DNA from: Octopus sinensis
Taxonomy: Eukaryota
DNA: 64,000 nt
Direction: 5' to 3'
Assembly (NCBI RefSeq): GCF_006345805.1
Contig: NW_021833655.1
Location: forward strand, 9,709 to 73,708
The notes under the pieces were generated by a model. It had not been told where the DNA came from and ran no database searches. It worked only from the letters and a program-made list of their open reading frames with translations. Of the stretch, positions 13,966 to 26,957 are shown one piece after another (the first letter of the stretch is position 1; each line of letters begins with the position of its first letter). The position numbers and the translations under genes were made by a program.

Positions 13966-14275
13966 CTTATACCAATTTTTAACCTTTTTATACCAATCTA
14001 CTCAAGCACACTCTCAGTTCCATGATGCAAATTCTTTGTTTTAAAGCAATCTAAATTAAAAAAACCTTCCATCAAAATTCCTTATTAATTTACATTCTAA
14101 TCACCAGCTTTAGAACTTTTTAAAATTGTCTTTACAGACTTTCTTTAGAAATTAGAGCCAGCACCAAAAGTTATGCCATTTTGTATGCATCAATGTAAAC
14201 GGTGCAATGAAAGACAAGGAAATAAGTAATGGGCGTAGATGCATATTTCAGTCACCCATTACCTATTTTGCTAAT

Positions 14276-14659
14276 GGAGGCGCAATGGCCCAGTGGTTAG
14301 GGCAGCGGACTCGCGGTTGTAGGATCGCGGTTTCAATTCCCAGAGTGTTTATTGTGAGTGTTTATTGAGCGAAAACACCTAAAGCTCCACGAGGCTCCGG
14401 CAGGGATGGTGGTGATCCCTGCTGTATCTTTCACCACAACTTTCTCTCACTCTTACTTCCTGTTTTTCTGTTGTACCTGTATTTCAAGGGCCGGCTCTGT
14501 CACTCTCTGTGTCACGCTGAATATCCCCGAGAACTACGTTAAGGGTGCACGTGTCTGTGGAGTGCTCAGCCACTTACACGTTAATTTCACGAGCAGGCTG
14601 TTCTGTTGATCGGATCAACCAGAACCCTCATCGTCGTAACTGACGGAGTGCTTCCATCC
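14276..14659 (+). mobile_element. tRNA-derived SINE family D, full length with TSD
   Basis: Head ggaggcgcaatggcccagtggttagg..ggtttcaattccc. A 13-bp TSD acctattttgcta lies at 14261-14273 and 14660-14672. Confidence 0.85.
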
Positions 14660-14864
14660 ACCTATTTTGCTATCTTTGATCACATTGTTTACACAGATGT
14701 ATTCGTATACAAAATATTGTAACTTTCAGTGCTGGCTCTAATTTCTATAGAAAATCTGTAAATGTGACTGTGTGGTAAGAAGCTTGTTTCCCAACCAGTC
14801 CCACTGCGTGGCACCTTGGGCAAGTGTCTTCTACTATAGCATTGAGCAGACCAAATCCATGTCA

Positions 14865-15099
14865 GTGATGAGGGTAGTGTGCCAAGTGATCAGAAAAAAG
14901 CAGCAGCATCTTATGTAAGATTTCATTGTGATGATAAACTACACCTAGCACCCTCCATCTACCCCCCACCACCGCCCCCTCAACCACCACTATCAACTAC
15001 CCAACCAACCAACCAAGTATACCCTCTCCACCCCCATTCTATTCCCTCCACCTCTTCCAGATTTATATCTAAAATGACATTCCGTCTTGGGAATATTGG
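14865..15099 (+). repeat. Dispersed duplicate of 19107-19348
   Basis: 235 bp versus 242 bp, highly similar. It interrupts a family-A SINE. Confidence 0.95.
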
Positions 15100-15504
15100 T
15101 AGATGGAAACTGAAAGAAGCTTGTTGCATATATATATATATAATATTATTACAAATTTGGGATTTTACCAATAGAACCGCAACTCCTGTTTCAGGATAAC
15201 CTTATTGTATGGAATTCACATAGAAATTTACATCCAATAAAAATAATATAAGCAGCTAAAAAAACCTACTATGAAATACTATAAAATACAAAATTGATGT
15301 ATTTGGTTTTTACTTTCATTTCATGGTTGATCATTTTTTTCATCAATTCAATTTGTGATACCGGTGTGGGCATATGGTTAAGAAGTTTGCTTCCCAACCA
15401 CATAGTTCAGGGTTCAGTCCCACTGTGTGGCACCTTGGGCAGGCTGATCAAAGTTTTGTGAGTGGATTTGGTAGAAGGTAACAAAAAGAAGCCCATTGTA
15501 TATA

Positions 15505-15696
15505 TAAATGTGACCGCGTGTGTACCATTGGCGATTTTTTTTCCTCCGTCTTCCCTTCTTTGGATCTTTCCTTTTCCTATGTTTCTGACGAAGAGCTCCA
15601 CTTGAAACGTAAAACCCTCCTTCTTCTCTCCTTCCTGAGCGTCTAATTACTTATTTTGTTCCACGTCCTCGCGTTGTTGTGTTTTCATGTTTGGAT

Positions 15697-15700
<4 letters not shown>
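15505..15700 (+). mobile_element. Short Penelope-like repeat (family P3), copy 1
   Basis: TA-flanked segment of about 195 bp carrying a hammerhead. It is homologous to the reverse complement of 53845-54005 (ttggcgattt..ttctttgga..gaagagc). Confidence 0.55.
15581..15615 (+). ncRNA. Minimal type I hammerhead ribozyme-like motif
   Basis: gttt-CTGACGA-A-GAGC-tcc-ACTT-GAAAC-GTA-aaac. The core is intact with an extra A after A9. Stem I is gttt/aaac, and helix III is reduced to the palindrome ACGT. Confidence 0.7.
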
Positions 15701-15745
<45 letters not shown>

Positions 15746-15754
15746 GTGTGTGTC

Positions 15755-15786
<32 letters not shown>

Positions 15787-15866
15787 GATATATATATATA
15801 TACTATATATAATATACTATATTATGTATATATATATGTGTGTGTCTGGTGTGTATATATATATAG

Positions 15867-15905
<39 letters not shown>

Positions 15906-15935
15906 CCATATTATGTATATAGATATGTGTGTGTC

Positions 15936-15984
<49 letters not shown>

Positions 15985-16045
15985 TATGTATATATATGTG
16001 TGTGTCTGGTGTGTAGTGTATATATATATATATTATATAATATAT

Positions 16046-16076
<31 letters not shown>

Positions 16077-16177
16077 GGTTTGTCTGTGTGTATATATATA
16101 TATATAATATATATATATATTATATAATATATATATATATATATATACATATATATGTATATATATATGTGTGTGTC

Positions 16178-16218
<41 letters not shown>

Positions 16219-16529
16219 TGTTGATATCTATGAGTGTGGTGTGTTTTTGTGCATGTGTTTGTCCTCCACCACTGCTTGATAGCTAGTGTTGGTTTGTTTA
16301 TGTCCCTGTAACTTAGAGGTTTGGCAAAAGAGACAGATGGAATAAGTTCCAGGTTTAGAAAAATAACTCCTGAGGTTCATGTAACGGGGAGGGGGGAAAA
16401 AAACAACCTTCAAGGTTGTCCCCACCCCAAGTTATGTCTACCCCCTCCCCCCACTGCCACAATCCCTGCAATCCCTATATACACTCTTTATGCCTCAACC
16501 CCCCCCCACCACCACCATTACTCCTGATC

Positions 16530-17087
16530 ACTCCTAATCTCTGCCATTTCTCTCTCTCTCTCCCACTCTCTCCCGAACTCTTTCTCTCATTTTCTCTGTC
16601 CTTCCCACCCCCAATCGCTTCCTTTGTGTTTGTCTTCACCTCTTCCTCCCACTCTTACCTTCTCCTATCTCTCTCTCTCTCTCTATCTCCCCTCCTCATT
16701 CTATTCTCTTCCCACTATTGTTATCTCTCCCAAACTATCTTTGTATCTCTCTTTACATGTCTGCCTCTCCCTTATACTCTCTCTCCCTTCCATTCTGCTT
16801 TTTACCCATTACACCTCTCCCCTCTACTTGCATCTCTCCCACGCTATCTTTGTGCCTCTCTTTTTGTTTGTCTTCTGTCTGTTTCTCTCTCTTTCTCCCT
16901 CTCTCTCCTCCCTCTCCTTTCTCTTTGTCTCTATCACTCTGCCTCTCTCCTACTGTCTGTTTCTCTCTCTGTTTCACTCTCTGCTCCAATCAACTACATC
17001 TCTCCCCACAACCCTTATCTCTCCTACTTTATCTTTGTATCTTCCTCTCTCATCTTCCCCCTTTCTCTTCCTCTCTCTCTCCTCCCT

Positions 17088-17126
<39 letters not shown>

Positions 17127-17500
17127 CTCTGCCTCACTGCCTCCCCCTTCCCCTTTCTTCCACCCCCACTTCTCCCCACTAACCTTATCTCTCCTACTTT
17201 ATCCTTGTATCTTTCTCTCTCATCTTCCCTCTTTCTCTTCCTCTCTCTCTCCTCCCTTCTCTCTGTCTGTCTGTCTGTCTGTCTGTCTCATTCTCTCTCT
17301 CTCTCTGCCTCACTGCCTCCCCCTTCCCCTTTCTTCCACCCCCACTTCTCCCCACTAACCTTATCTCTCTACTGCTAACGCTAGTTTCCTCTCCCCCTCT
17401 CTCTCCTCCATTTCACTTTTTCCCATTCCACCTCTTCCCACTACTTTTATCTCTCCAAAGCTCTCTCTCTCTCCCTCTCTCTCTCTCTCTCTCACTCTCT
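16530..17500. repeat. CT-rich polypyrimidine tract with internal tandem duplication of about 175 bp
   Basis: 17008-17180 is repeated at about 17181-17370. Confidence 0.8.
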
Positions 17501-19399
17501 CACTTTCTTCTTCACCACCAAACCCCTCCCTATCACCATTACATCACCCTCATTTCAATCAAAATATTACTACATACAATTTTGAAGGAATTTTATTTTT
17601 AAATTATTTTTATTTAAAACAAAAAAAAAATAATTTCAAAATTTCATTTTTCATTTACATATTTTCATTTTATTATTAATTCTACTACTACTACTACTAC
17701 TCATCTTATTCAAACAATTCTTTTTTATATTTAAATTTAAAACAAAAAAATTCACCTTTTTTTATCATTTTATCATATATTTTATATATTTTATATATAT
17801 TTTATTGTGTATATTTTATATATTTTATTAAATATATTATATATTGTCATTTTATTATCAATACTTTTTTAAAACAATTTCTTTCATACTAAAAAAAAAA
17901 TATATTTTATATTTAAAAATTTAAAATTTCACTTTTTTGTAAAGTCATATATATATCTTTTTTATGCAGTTTTCCTATTTTTATTTTCATAACTTTACTT
18001 TTTTAAATTTAAAATTTCATTTTCATATTTTTTTATGAATTTTCTTAATATTTTATATTTTTGTTTTAGGAAAAAAATATTTCAAATTATTACATCGTTT
18101 CTTTATATTTCTTTCTTTATTTATTATCATTATTTTTTTCTTTTGTTTTTAAGTTGTCTTTTTTGGGTTTTTTCTGGGGGTTTTTTTGATGTTACATTTA
18201 TTTGTTCTTTCATTTTTTTATCTCCCCTTTTTTCATGCATCTCCCCTCTAACTCCTCTACATTTCCATCAAACCTTTACTTCATGCCACCTCCACCTCCC
18301 ACCTGATCCTTAAACTCTAATGCTACCCCCTACCCCTGCTACCCCCCACTTACCCCCATCTGCATGCTGCTGCCATCAACTGATTCTGTCACCTCGTATT
18401 TATTGTAAAAAATTCTGTTTATTTAGATATTGTGTGTATGTGTGCATGTGTGTGTGTGTGTATGTGTGTGTAAGTCTGTATATGTGTGTGTATATGTGTA
18501 TGTATGTATTTGTATGTATGTGTAGGCATGTAGGTGTGTATCTGTGTGTGTATGTGCATGTAAGTATGCCTGTACATATGTTTGTGTGTGTGTGTATGTC
18601 TGTGCATGTATATGTGTGTGTTGTGTATGCATGTGTGTGTGTGTGTGTCTATGTATCTATGCATGTATGTGTATATATATATGTATGTGTGTGTCTGTAT
18701 ATATGTGTTTATGTATGACATGTATGTGTGTTTGTGTGTGTATATGTCTGTGTATGTGTGTTTGAGTATGCATGTGTGCATGTCTATAGATGTATGCATG
18801 TATGTATACATATATATATATATATATGTATATATGTGTGTGTGTGTGGGTGTGTGTGTGTATGTGTGTGTGCGCATGTGTGTACGTGCGTGTGTAAGTG
18901 TGTGTTTATGTATGAACGTGTGTGAGTGTATATATGCATATGTGTATGCATGCATGTGTCAATGTGTGTATATGTATGTATATATGTGTCTGTGTATTTG
19001 TAAATATATATAGGTGTGCTTGTGTGCATCTGTCTATGTTCATGAGCCGTTCTGTGTGCGCGTGCGTGTGTCAACTCTTGTGGTGGTGTTGGTGGTGGTG
19101 GCGCTGGTGATGAGGGTGGTGTGCCAAGTGATCAGAAAAAAGCAGCAGCATCTTATGTAAGAATTCATTGTGATGCTAAACTACACCTAGCACCCTCCAT
19201 CTACCCCCTTTTACCGCCGCCCCCTCAACCACCACTATCAACTACCCAACCAACCAACCAACCGAGTATACCCTCTCCACCCCCATTCTGTTCCCTCCAC
19301 CTCTTCCAGATTTATATCTAAAATGACATTCCGTCTTGGGAATATTGGCAACAGTGCTACTAGAGCACCACAGCACCAAAGCAATACTGGGAAACAATA

Positions 19400-19924
19400 A
19401 CAATAACACTGATGATAATGACAATAAAAATAATGATGATGATGATGATGATGTGATGAGGATGATGATGATGACGGTGACGGTGACGATGATGATGACG
19501 ATGACGATGAGGATGATGATGATGATGATGATGATAAGAACAATACCAATAATGATGATGATGATGATGACGATGATGATGATGATGATGATGACGATGA
19601 TGATGACGATGATGACGATGACGATGATGATGATGATGATGATAAGAACAATGAAAATACCAATAATGATGATGACAATTATAATAGTGATAATGATGAT
19701 GATGATTATGACGGTGATGATGATGAGGAAGTGGGTGAAGAAAATAAATAGTGATAGTGTTGACGACGATGACGATGATGATGATGATGATGATTATGAT
19801 GACGATCGTGGTGGTGGTGGTGGTGGTGATCTTGGTGTTGGTAGTAACTTCTATTTTTCTTTTTTTTTCTCAAATAATAACAATGACAGCAGCAATGACG
19901 AGGACAATGCTGATAATAATAATA

Positions 19925-19986
<62 letters not shown>

Positions 19987-20120
19987 ATGATGATGATGAT
20001 AACAATGACACTGGTGATGGTGATGGTGATGGTGATGATGATGGTGATGGTGATGGTGATGATGATGATGATGATGATGATAACAATGACAATGATGATG
20101 GTGATGGTGATGGTGATAGT
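19400..20120. repeat. (GAT)n-dominated compound microsatellite
   Basis: Direct inspection. Confidence 0.95.
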
Positions 20121-20373
20121 CGTCATTTCTTTATTCACCGGTAGAATCATCGAAAGAAATGTGAATGTTACGAAACAAAAGAGATGAAACAAAGGATGCC
20201 AGCACCCCATCCACCTCCGCTGCACCCCACCCCACAACCCCCCCCCCTACTACACCCCCCTACAATGCCCGTCCACCCACACACACAGAGACACACTCAC
20301 ACACACACGCATACACACACATGCACACACACTCACTACCGCTTGCACACAGACAGGCAGAGAAACATCAAGT

Positions 20374-20481
<108 letters not shown>

Positions 20482-21299
20482 TGTGTGTGCGTGTGTATCT
20501 ATGTGTCAGAATGTGTGTCTATGTATTTCCATGTGTGCAAACGTTTCCTTGTGTGAGTGTGTGTGTGTATGTGTATGTGTACGTGGTTCTGTGTCATACT
20601 GTTTATGTGTGTGTAAACATATGTATTAGTCTGTGTGTGCATGTGTGTGTATGTTTATATGTGAGTGTATGTTTTAGTGTGTGAGTGTGTATGTGTGTTG
20701 ATGTATGTGTGTTTGGTGTTTTTTTTTTAGTTTTTTAGCGCATGTGTGTGTGTGTGTGTGTGTGGTGGGGTTACACGATGGGGAGTAGGGGTTAGAGTTA
20801 CATTGATTTTTATGGAAATATTTTCTAAAATATCGATTATATTAAAATGCAAATAGATAAATAAATAAATAAATGAATAAATAAATAAAATTCCACCCCC
20901 TCCACTCCTGTACACGCACACATGCATATGCACACACACACACACACTCACATGCACATAATGCACAGATACAGACACACATGTACACTTGCACAAAAAA
21001 AGGGAAAGGAGTAAAGCGAAAAAAAAGGGGACAATTAAATCAATGTGTGTAAACAATAAGAGGACCCTTGGAACCTTGAATGCTCTGTACACACACACAC
21101 ACACACACACACATACACACATGTACATATATATGCATACACATGCACACATACATGCTAACACATACACATTCAGACACATACACATATTCAGAAACAT
21201 ATCACACACACACACACACACACACACATATGCACACAAACACACATATACACACACAAATACATACACCTATGCACACACTCATACATATTCATACAT

Positions 21300-21336
<37 letters not shown>

Positions 21337-21462
21337 GCAAATCTCCCTCTCCTACTCGCCTTCTCCCCCTTCTTTCTCATTCTCTGTCACTCTTTCTCTC
21401 TTTCTCTCAATGCCTCCTTTACTCTTTCTTTTGTCTCTTTCTCCCTTTTCTCTCTCTCTCCC

Positions 21463-21497
<35 letters not shown>

Positions 21498-21994
21498 TTC
21501 ACTTTCTCTCTCATATGCATGCAGAACCTAGGAGCCGCAAAACCTGACCCTGGAGCAGGGAGCAGGGAATGAGGAAGGAGTAAGTCGTATCATTTGCATA
21601 ATCAAGCACATGGCTACTCTCAGGCTATTCACGTCTGACGTAAAATTTTACCTGTGATGTGACGTAAGTTCATATTCTATTCACATCTATACATATCTAT
21701 TTCTGTGTGTCGATGTATCATATATGTATATATATGTATATATATCTATATCTATCTATATATATATATATATATATATACACATTTATATATACACATA
21801 CACATGTATATGTATGTGTATATATATATATGTATATATGTATTGCATATACACTCACAAATATACATACATATATAGAGAGACATGATATAGAATATGT
21901 GTGTGTGTGTATATAATACATATCCATAAACAAATACATACTTGTACATATATATATATACACACATACATACATACATACATACATACATTCA

Positions 21995-22027
<33 letters not shown>

Positions 22028-22510
22028 GTATATATGTATGTATATATACGTATATATGGAAAAAATGTCAAGGTAGAAAATGCTAAAATATTTTCATAAA
22101 AAAACATTTCAGTACCGGTTTCAGTCATTCAGACTTTTTCAACTGTAAGTGTGTCTCAACGACCTCGAACCCACAAGAGTAAACAAGAGAGACAGAGACA
22201 GGCAGAAAATTGCCCTGTCTCTACCGTATTATGAGAGACTTAGTGTTGTAGACTTAGGAGTTGGATAAGCATAAGTCACCTGGGTACAATATCATCATCA
22301 TCATCATCATCATCATCACCACTTAATATCTATGTTCCTTGTTGGCATGGGTTGGATACTTTGACAGAACCTGATGGGCCCAACAATTTCACCATGCTCT
22401 AGTGTCGCTTTTAGCATAGTTTCTGTGGTCAGATGCCTTTCCTAATGTCAGCCCCTTTACAAAATTAACTAGGCAGCTTTTACCATGACACCAGTATAAT
22501 AATAATTACT

Positions 22511-22915
22511 AGTGGCTGTGTGGTAAGTAGCTTGTCTACCAACCACATGGTTCCGGATTCAGTCCCACTGCGTGGAACCTTGGGCAAGTGTCTTCTACTA
22601 TAGCCTCGGGCCGACCAAAGCCTTGTGAGTGGATTAGGTAGACGGAAACTGAAAGAAGCCTGTTGTATATATGTATATATAGATATATATGCGTGTGTGT
22701 GTTTGTGTGTCTGTGTTTGTCCCCTAGCATTGCTTGACAACCGATGCTGGTGTGTTTATGCCCCCGTTACTTAGCAGTTCGGCAAAAGAGACCGATAGAA
22801 TAAGTATTGGGCTTACAAAAGAATAAGTCCTGGGGTCGAGTTGCTCGATTAAAGGCGGTGCTCCAGCATGGCTGCAGTCAAATGACTGAAACAGGTAAAA
22901 GAATAAAAGAATAAC
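22511..22915 (+). mobile_element. SINE family A, full length
   Basis: Colinear with 1275-1690 and 37445-37860. Confidence 0.85.
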
Positions 22916-23096
22916 AAAATACTGAAACCCAGCCAAGATATCACAGTCTTCCAGTACAAACCTATGTAAAATTGCTTTCTGTATGTCCACTGTTATATGG
23001 GGAAGTCACACCATCTCATTGTGCCTTTTCCCCCAGCCTATAATAATCCGCAGTGGATATGTGTCTTAGATTATTTAATGAATATTTCACCTTTAA

Positions 23097-23311
23097 CCCT
23101 TTAGTGTTCAGATTACTCTGTTAAATGTAATATTTTTTTACTCAAATTGTTTTTAATTAATCATTCATTATCTTATAGCTTTGGGGTTTCAATGACGTGA
23201 TTGTTCATTTTTAGAATGTCAATGTAGGTTAGGTGTGAGAGCCCTGATCTGGTCAGTTTAAACATAAAATAGGGAGAAAATAGGGATATGGCCAGTTTAA
23301 ACACTAAAGAG
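23097..23311. mobile_element. piggyBac-type (TTAA) MITE
   Basis: TTAA|ccctttagtgtt...aacactaaagag|TTAA. Confidence 0.75.
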
Positions 23312-23858
23312 TTAAGAAGTGTTTTTTAAACAAGTAAATGCAAAATTTCTCCTACATCAGGTATGACAATTCTCTTGACCAAATTATAAACAATTATACG
23401 GTTAATCTGAAAGAAGATGAAACTGCAAAGCTGTGTTTGTGTGATGGAATTCATTTGCAATAAATTCAAGGTTTCATACTTTATTCCTGTACTATGTCTC
23501 TCTTTTCTTTCTTTCTTTCTGTTTTTTTCTTTCTTTCTTTTGCTCTTTAATTTCTTTCTTTCTTTCTTTCTGTCTGTCTGTCTGCCTGTCTCTCTGTCTC
23601 TCTCTCTCTCTCTCACTCCCCTACTGATTTAGGCCTTGGGATTCTAAGGAGGAGAGTGAGAAAGAGAAGAATGAGAAGGAGAAGCAGAGAGAGAGAGAGA
23701 GAGAGAAAGAGCGAAGACAGACAGGCAGACATATATATATATATATATGTATGTATGTATTTATGTATGTATGTATGTATGTATATATGTAGAGAGAAGG
23801 AGAGAGAGGGAGAGAGAGAGAAAACGATAGAAAGAAAGAAAAAGAGAGAAACATATAT

Positions 23859-23905
<47 letters not shown>

Positions 23906-25055
23906 GTGAGTGACTGACAGAGAAACAATTTCATTCGAATGAGAATCTGTGACATTTATGCTTTTCTCCCAATCTCCAAACTTAAACTCCACAACATAAA
24001 CAATTGAGGCCGATATCTGCTGTCTGAGGTAATCAAATACAATCACTCACCTATTCGGTCACAATCTCCCGCAATCGTTTTCACACTTGGCTTGGCCTGA
24101 CCAGCCTCATCTCGGCTCTCATAAATTTAAGATCCAGGCTTAACCTTTGCTTTGCCAAAAGATTTCCCCCGGTTCCCTCTTATTCTTGCTTCCATCTTTT
24201 GTCTTTGGCTCTGCCTCGGCAGCAGCTCTTAAATCAACAAGCTCTCCTTTTCAAATTCTTCCTCAGCCTGTGGTCATTACTGTAGAAGCAATTGTGGTGG
24301 TGGTGGCGGCGGCGGCGGCAGTGATAGTGGTGATGATGGTGGTGCCTGTGGTGGTGGTGATGGCAGTGGTAGTACTGGAGGGGATGGTGGTAGTGGTGGT
24401 GGGGATGATGATGATGACGATGATGATGATGATGGTGGTGGTGGTGGTGGTGGTGGTGGTGGTAGTAGTGGTGGTAGAGGTGCTGGCAGTGGTGCTGTGG
24501 TGGTGGTGGTGGTGGTGGTGGTGCCGAAGGTGATGGTGCTGGTGGTGAAGATGATGATGGTGGTAGTGGTGTTGGTATTGGTAGAGGTGATGATACTGGT
24601 GGAGGTGTCCTGGGAGGGTATACGTGTATGGGGGAAGGTGTGCCCGTGGGGTAGGGTAGAGGCTTAGTGGTGGTGAATCTTTTCATTTGCAAACTGTCAG
24701 ATGCTAATTAATGGGATGTGTTTAATGATAGGGAGCTCAGAAATATCTTGCTGCCCACAATGGGCCCCAAAAGGTTAATGAATTGGGATCCTTCTGTCTG
24801 TCTGTTTCTCCCTCTCTCTCTCTCTCTGTTTCATTTCGCTCACTTCTTCAGGAGTGGGGAAATCTTGTGCTGTCTGGAAAGATTTAGAAAACCATCACCA
24901 TCACCACCACCTCCTCTTCCTCTTCTCCTGATACTCTTCTTTCTCCTCCTTTTCTTTTCCTCTTCCTCCCTCCCTCTTCCTGGTTGTTTAACTGTCACCC
25001 CCACTTAATACTCTGACCACTACTACTAGACTGAAGGACAGAAAGAGAAAGAAGC

Positions 25056-25087
<32 letters not shown>

Positions 25088-25446
25088 GGAGAGAGAGGCA
25101 AAGAGAGAAACAAAGAGAGCGAGACAGAGAGAGAGAGACATGATAATTTATTAAGGGGACATGATTGACATATAAACACTTTCCCTTTCTTCCTACACAG
25201 AGATATACCCACATATATACAGAGAGAAAAAAATATACAGGGAGAGAGTAAAAGAGAGAGGGAGAGAGAGAGGGGGAGAAACAAAAAGAGAGAAAGGAAC
25301 AGAGAGAAGGAGAACAAGGTGAGAGAGAGAGAGAGAGAGAGAGAAAAAGAGAGATGCTACGTTTTATTAACTGAACACGATTGACATAAATACTTTCCCT
25401 CTCCTCATTCACATAACGAGAAATATACTCATACACACATTATATA

Positions 25447-25495
<49 letters not shown>

Positions 25496-25541
25496 GAGAG
25501 AGAGAGAGAGAGAGAGGAAGGGAGAATGAGAGAAACATTAA

Positions 25542-26127
25542 CCCTTTAGTGTCCATATTACTCTGTCAAATGTAATGTCTATTTATTCATGATGTTCTGA
25601 ATGAATCATATATTATCTCTTGGCTGTGAAATTTTGATGAAGTGGTTATTTTTAGAATGACATTGGAGGTTAGGTGTGAGAGACTGGATCTGGTCATTCT
25701 GAACATAAAACAGGTAGAATATTTGGGCCAGATAGGGTGAGGGTAAAGATCCCAATCAGTCATGTATGACCATGGGATTGCACCTAGAAAGTTCCCCTTC
25801 GAGGCACAAGTCCGCACAAGGTTGTTTATGGAAGACCAGCAGTTGCCCATGCGTACCAGCCTCTTTTCTTCGTGTCACCAATGTTATCAAAGGGAAAGGA
25901 AAAGGGGCTGATACAGCTTGGCACCAGTGATGTCGCAACTCATTTCTACAGCTGTGTGCACTGGAACAACATGAAATAAAGTGTCTTGCTCAAGAACACA
26001 ACACACAGCCTGGTCTGGGAATCGAACTCACTAACTCATGATCATGAGCCAATGCTCTAACCACTGAACCATGCACCTTCACCTTGGACTAGATAAGGCT
26101 GGCTTGGGCGGTTTAAATGTTAATGGG
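25542..26127. mobile_element. piggyBac-type MITE interrupted by a family-C SINE
   Basis: TTAA|ccctttagtgtcc...taatggg|TTAA. The interior is homologous to 23097-23311. Confidence 0.65.
25755..26082 (-). mobile_element. tRNA-derived SINE family C
   Basis: Minus strand reads gtgaagg(t/c)gcatgg.tcagtggttagagc..gagttcgattccc..cttgagcaagacactttatttca. Other copies: 1700-1980-, 41520-41865-, 49665-49988-. Confidence 0.8.
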
Positions 26128-26192
26128 TTAAAATGAGTGGGATACTAAAACATTTGATGTTAAATTAGTTAGTATCAAGTCAGTGACACTAA

Positions 26193-26262
26193 AACAGGTG
26201 TGTTGATACAGGTGTGCTAAGACAGGTGTCCCAAGACAAGTGGGCCAAGACAGGTGTGCCAA
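26193..26262 (+). repeat. Five 14-bp tandem units, each with a CANNTG E-box
   Basis: CAGGTG at 26195, 26209, 26223 and 26251, and CAAGTG at 26237. Confidence 0.85.
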
Positions 26263-26922
26263 ACTATTTCAAACCTGTTAGTGTTACAATGATTGAATAG
26301 AGTTTGCCAACAGGACTAGAATGTCCGCCAAACCTCTTGCACTCAAGAACACATCAATGAAGTTCAAAAACTGCATCTTTATTGCCATCCTTGCATGAAG
26401 AGGGTGTTGATGATGGTGGTGAGGGTGATGGGGTGGTGGCCGTCATGAAGGTAGTGGTGGTGTTGGTAGTGGTGATGGTTCCCTATTGATTTATATTTAC
26501 AGTTTTTCAAAGAAGTTCTTTACAGTTTTTCCCCAATTCTTTGTTCTTAATCTTTCTTGTTGATTAATTTCTTCTTTAACGATCAAGATAGAACCTCGAT
26601 ACAAGATGAAATTTTTATTTTACATCTCTGTATATATTTTTGTTTTTGTTTCCAAAAATTAATCTAGGATCAAACATAGGATACAGGTTTGAGTTCTTTG
26701 GATACACATACATATATAAGTAGATAGAGACATACACAGATAGATAGACAGATATACATACACACACACACACACATACACATATATGTACATACATATT
26801 ATATGTGTGTGTGTGTGTATGCATATACTCACATATATATCATCATCATCATCATCATCATTTAACGTCCGCTTTCCATGCTAGCATGGGTTGGACGATT
26901 CGACTGAGGTCTGGCAAACCAA

Positions 26923-26957
<35 letters not shown>

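Noticed and set aside
14276-14345. tRNA gene
   Set aside because: It is the tRNA-like head of a TSD-flanked SINE and lacks a complete cloverleaf. The same applies to the other SINE heads.
16416-17378. 320-aa Leu/Ser-rich ORF
   Set aside because: Translation of a CT-rich low-complexity tract.
19336-20187. 283-aa poly-Met/Asp ORF
   Set aside because: (GAT)n microsatellite with no splice or domain evidence.
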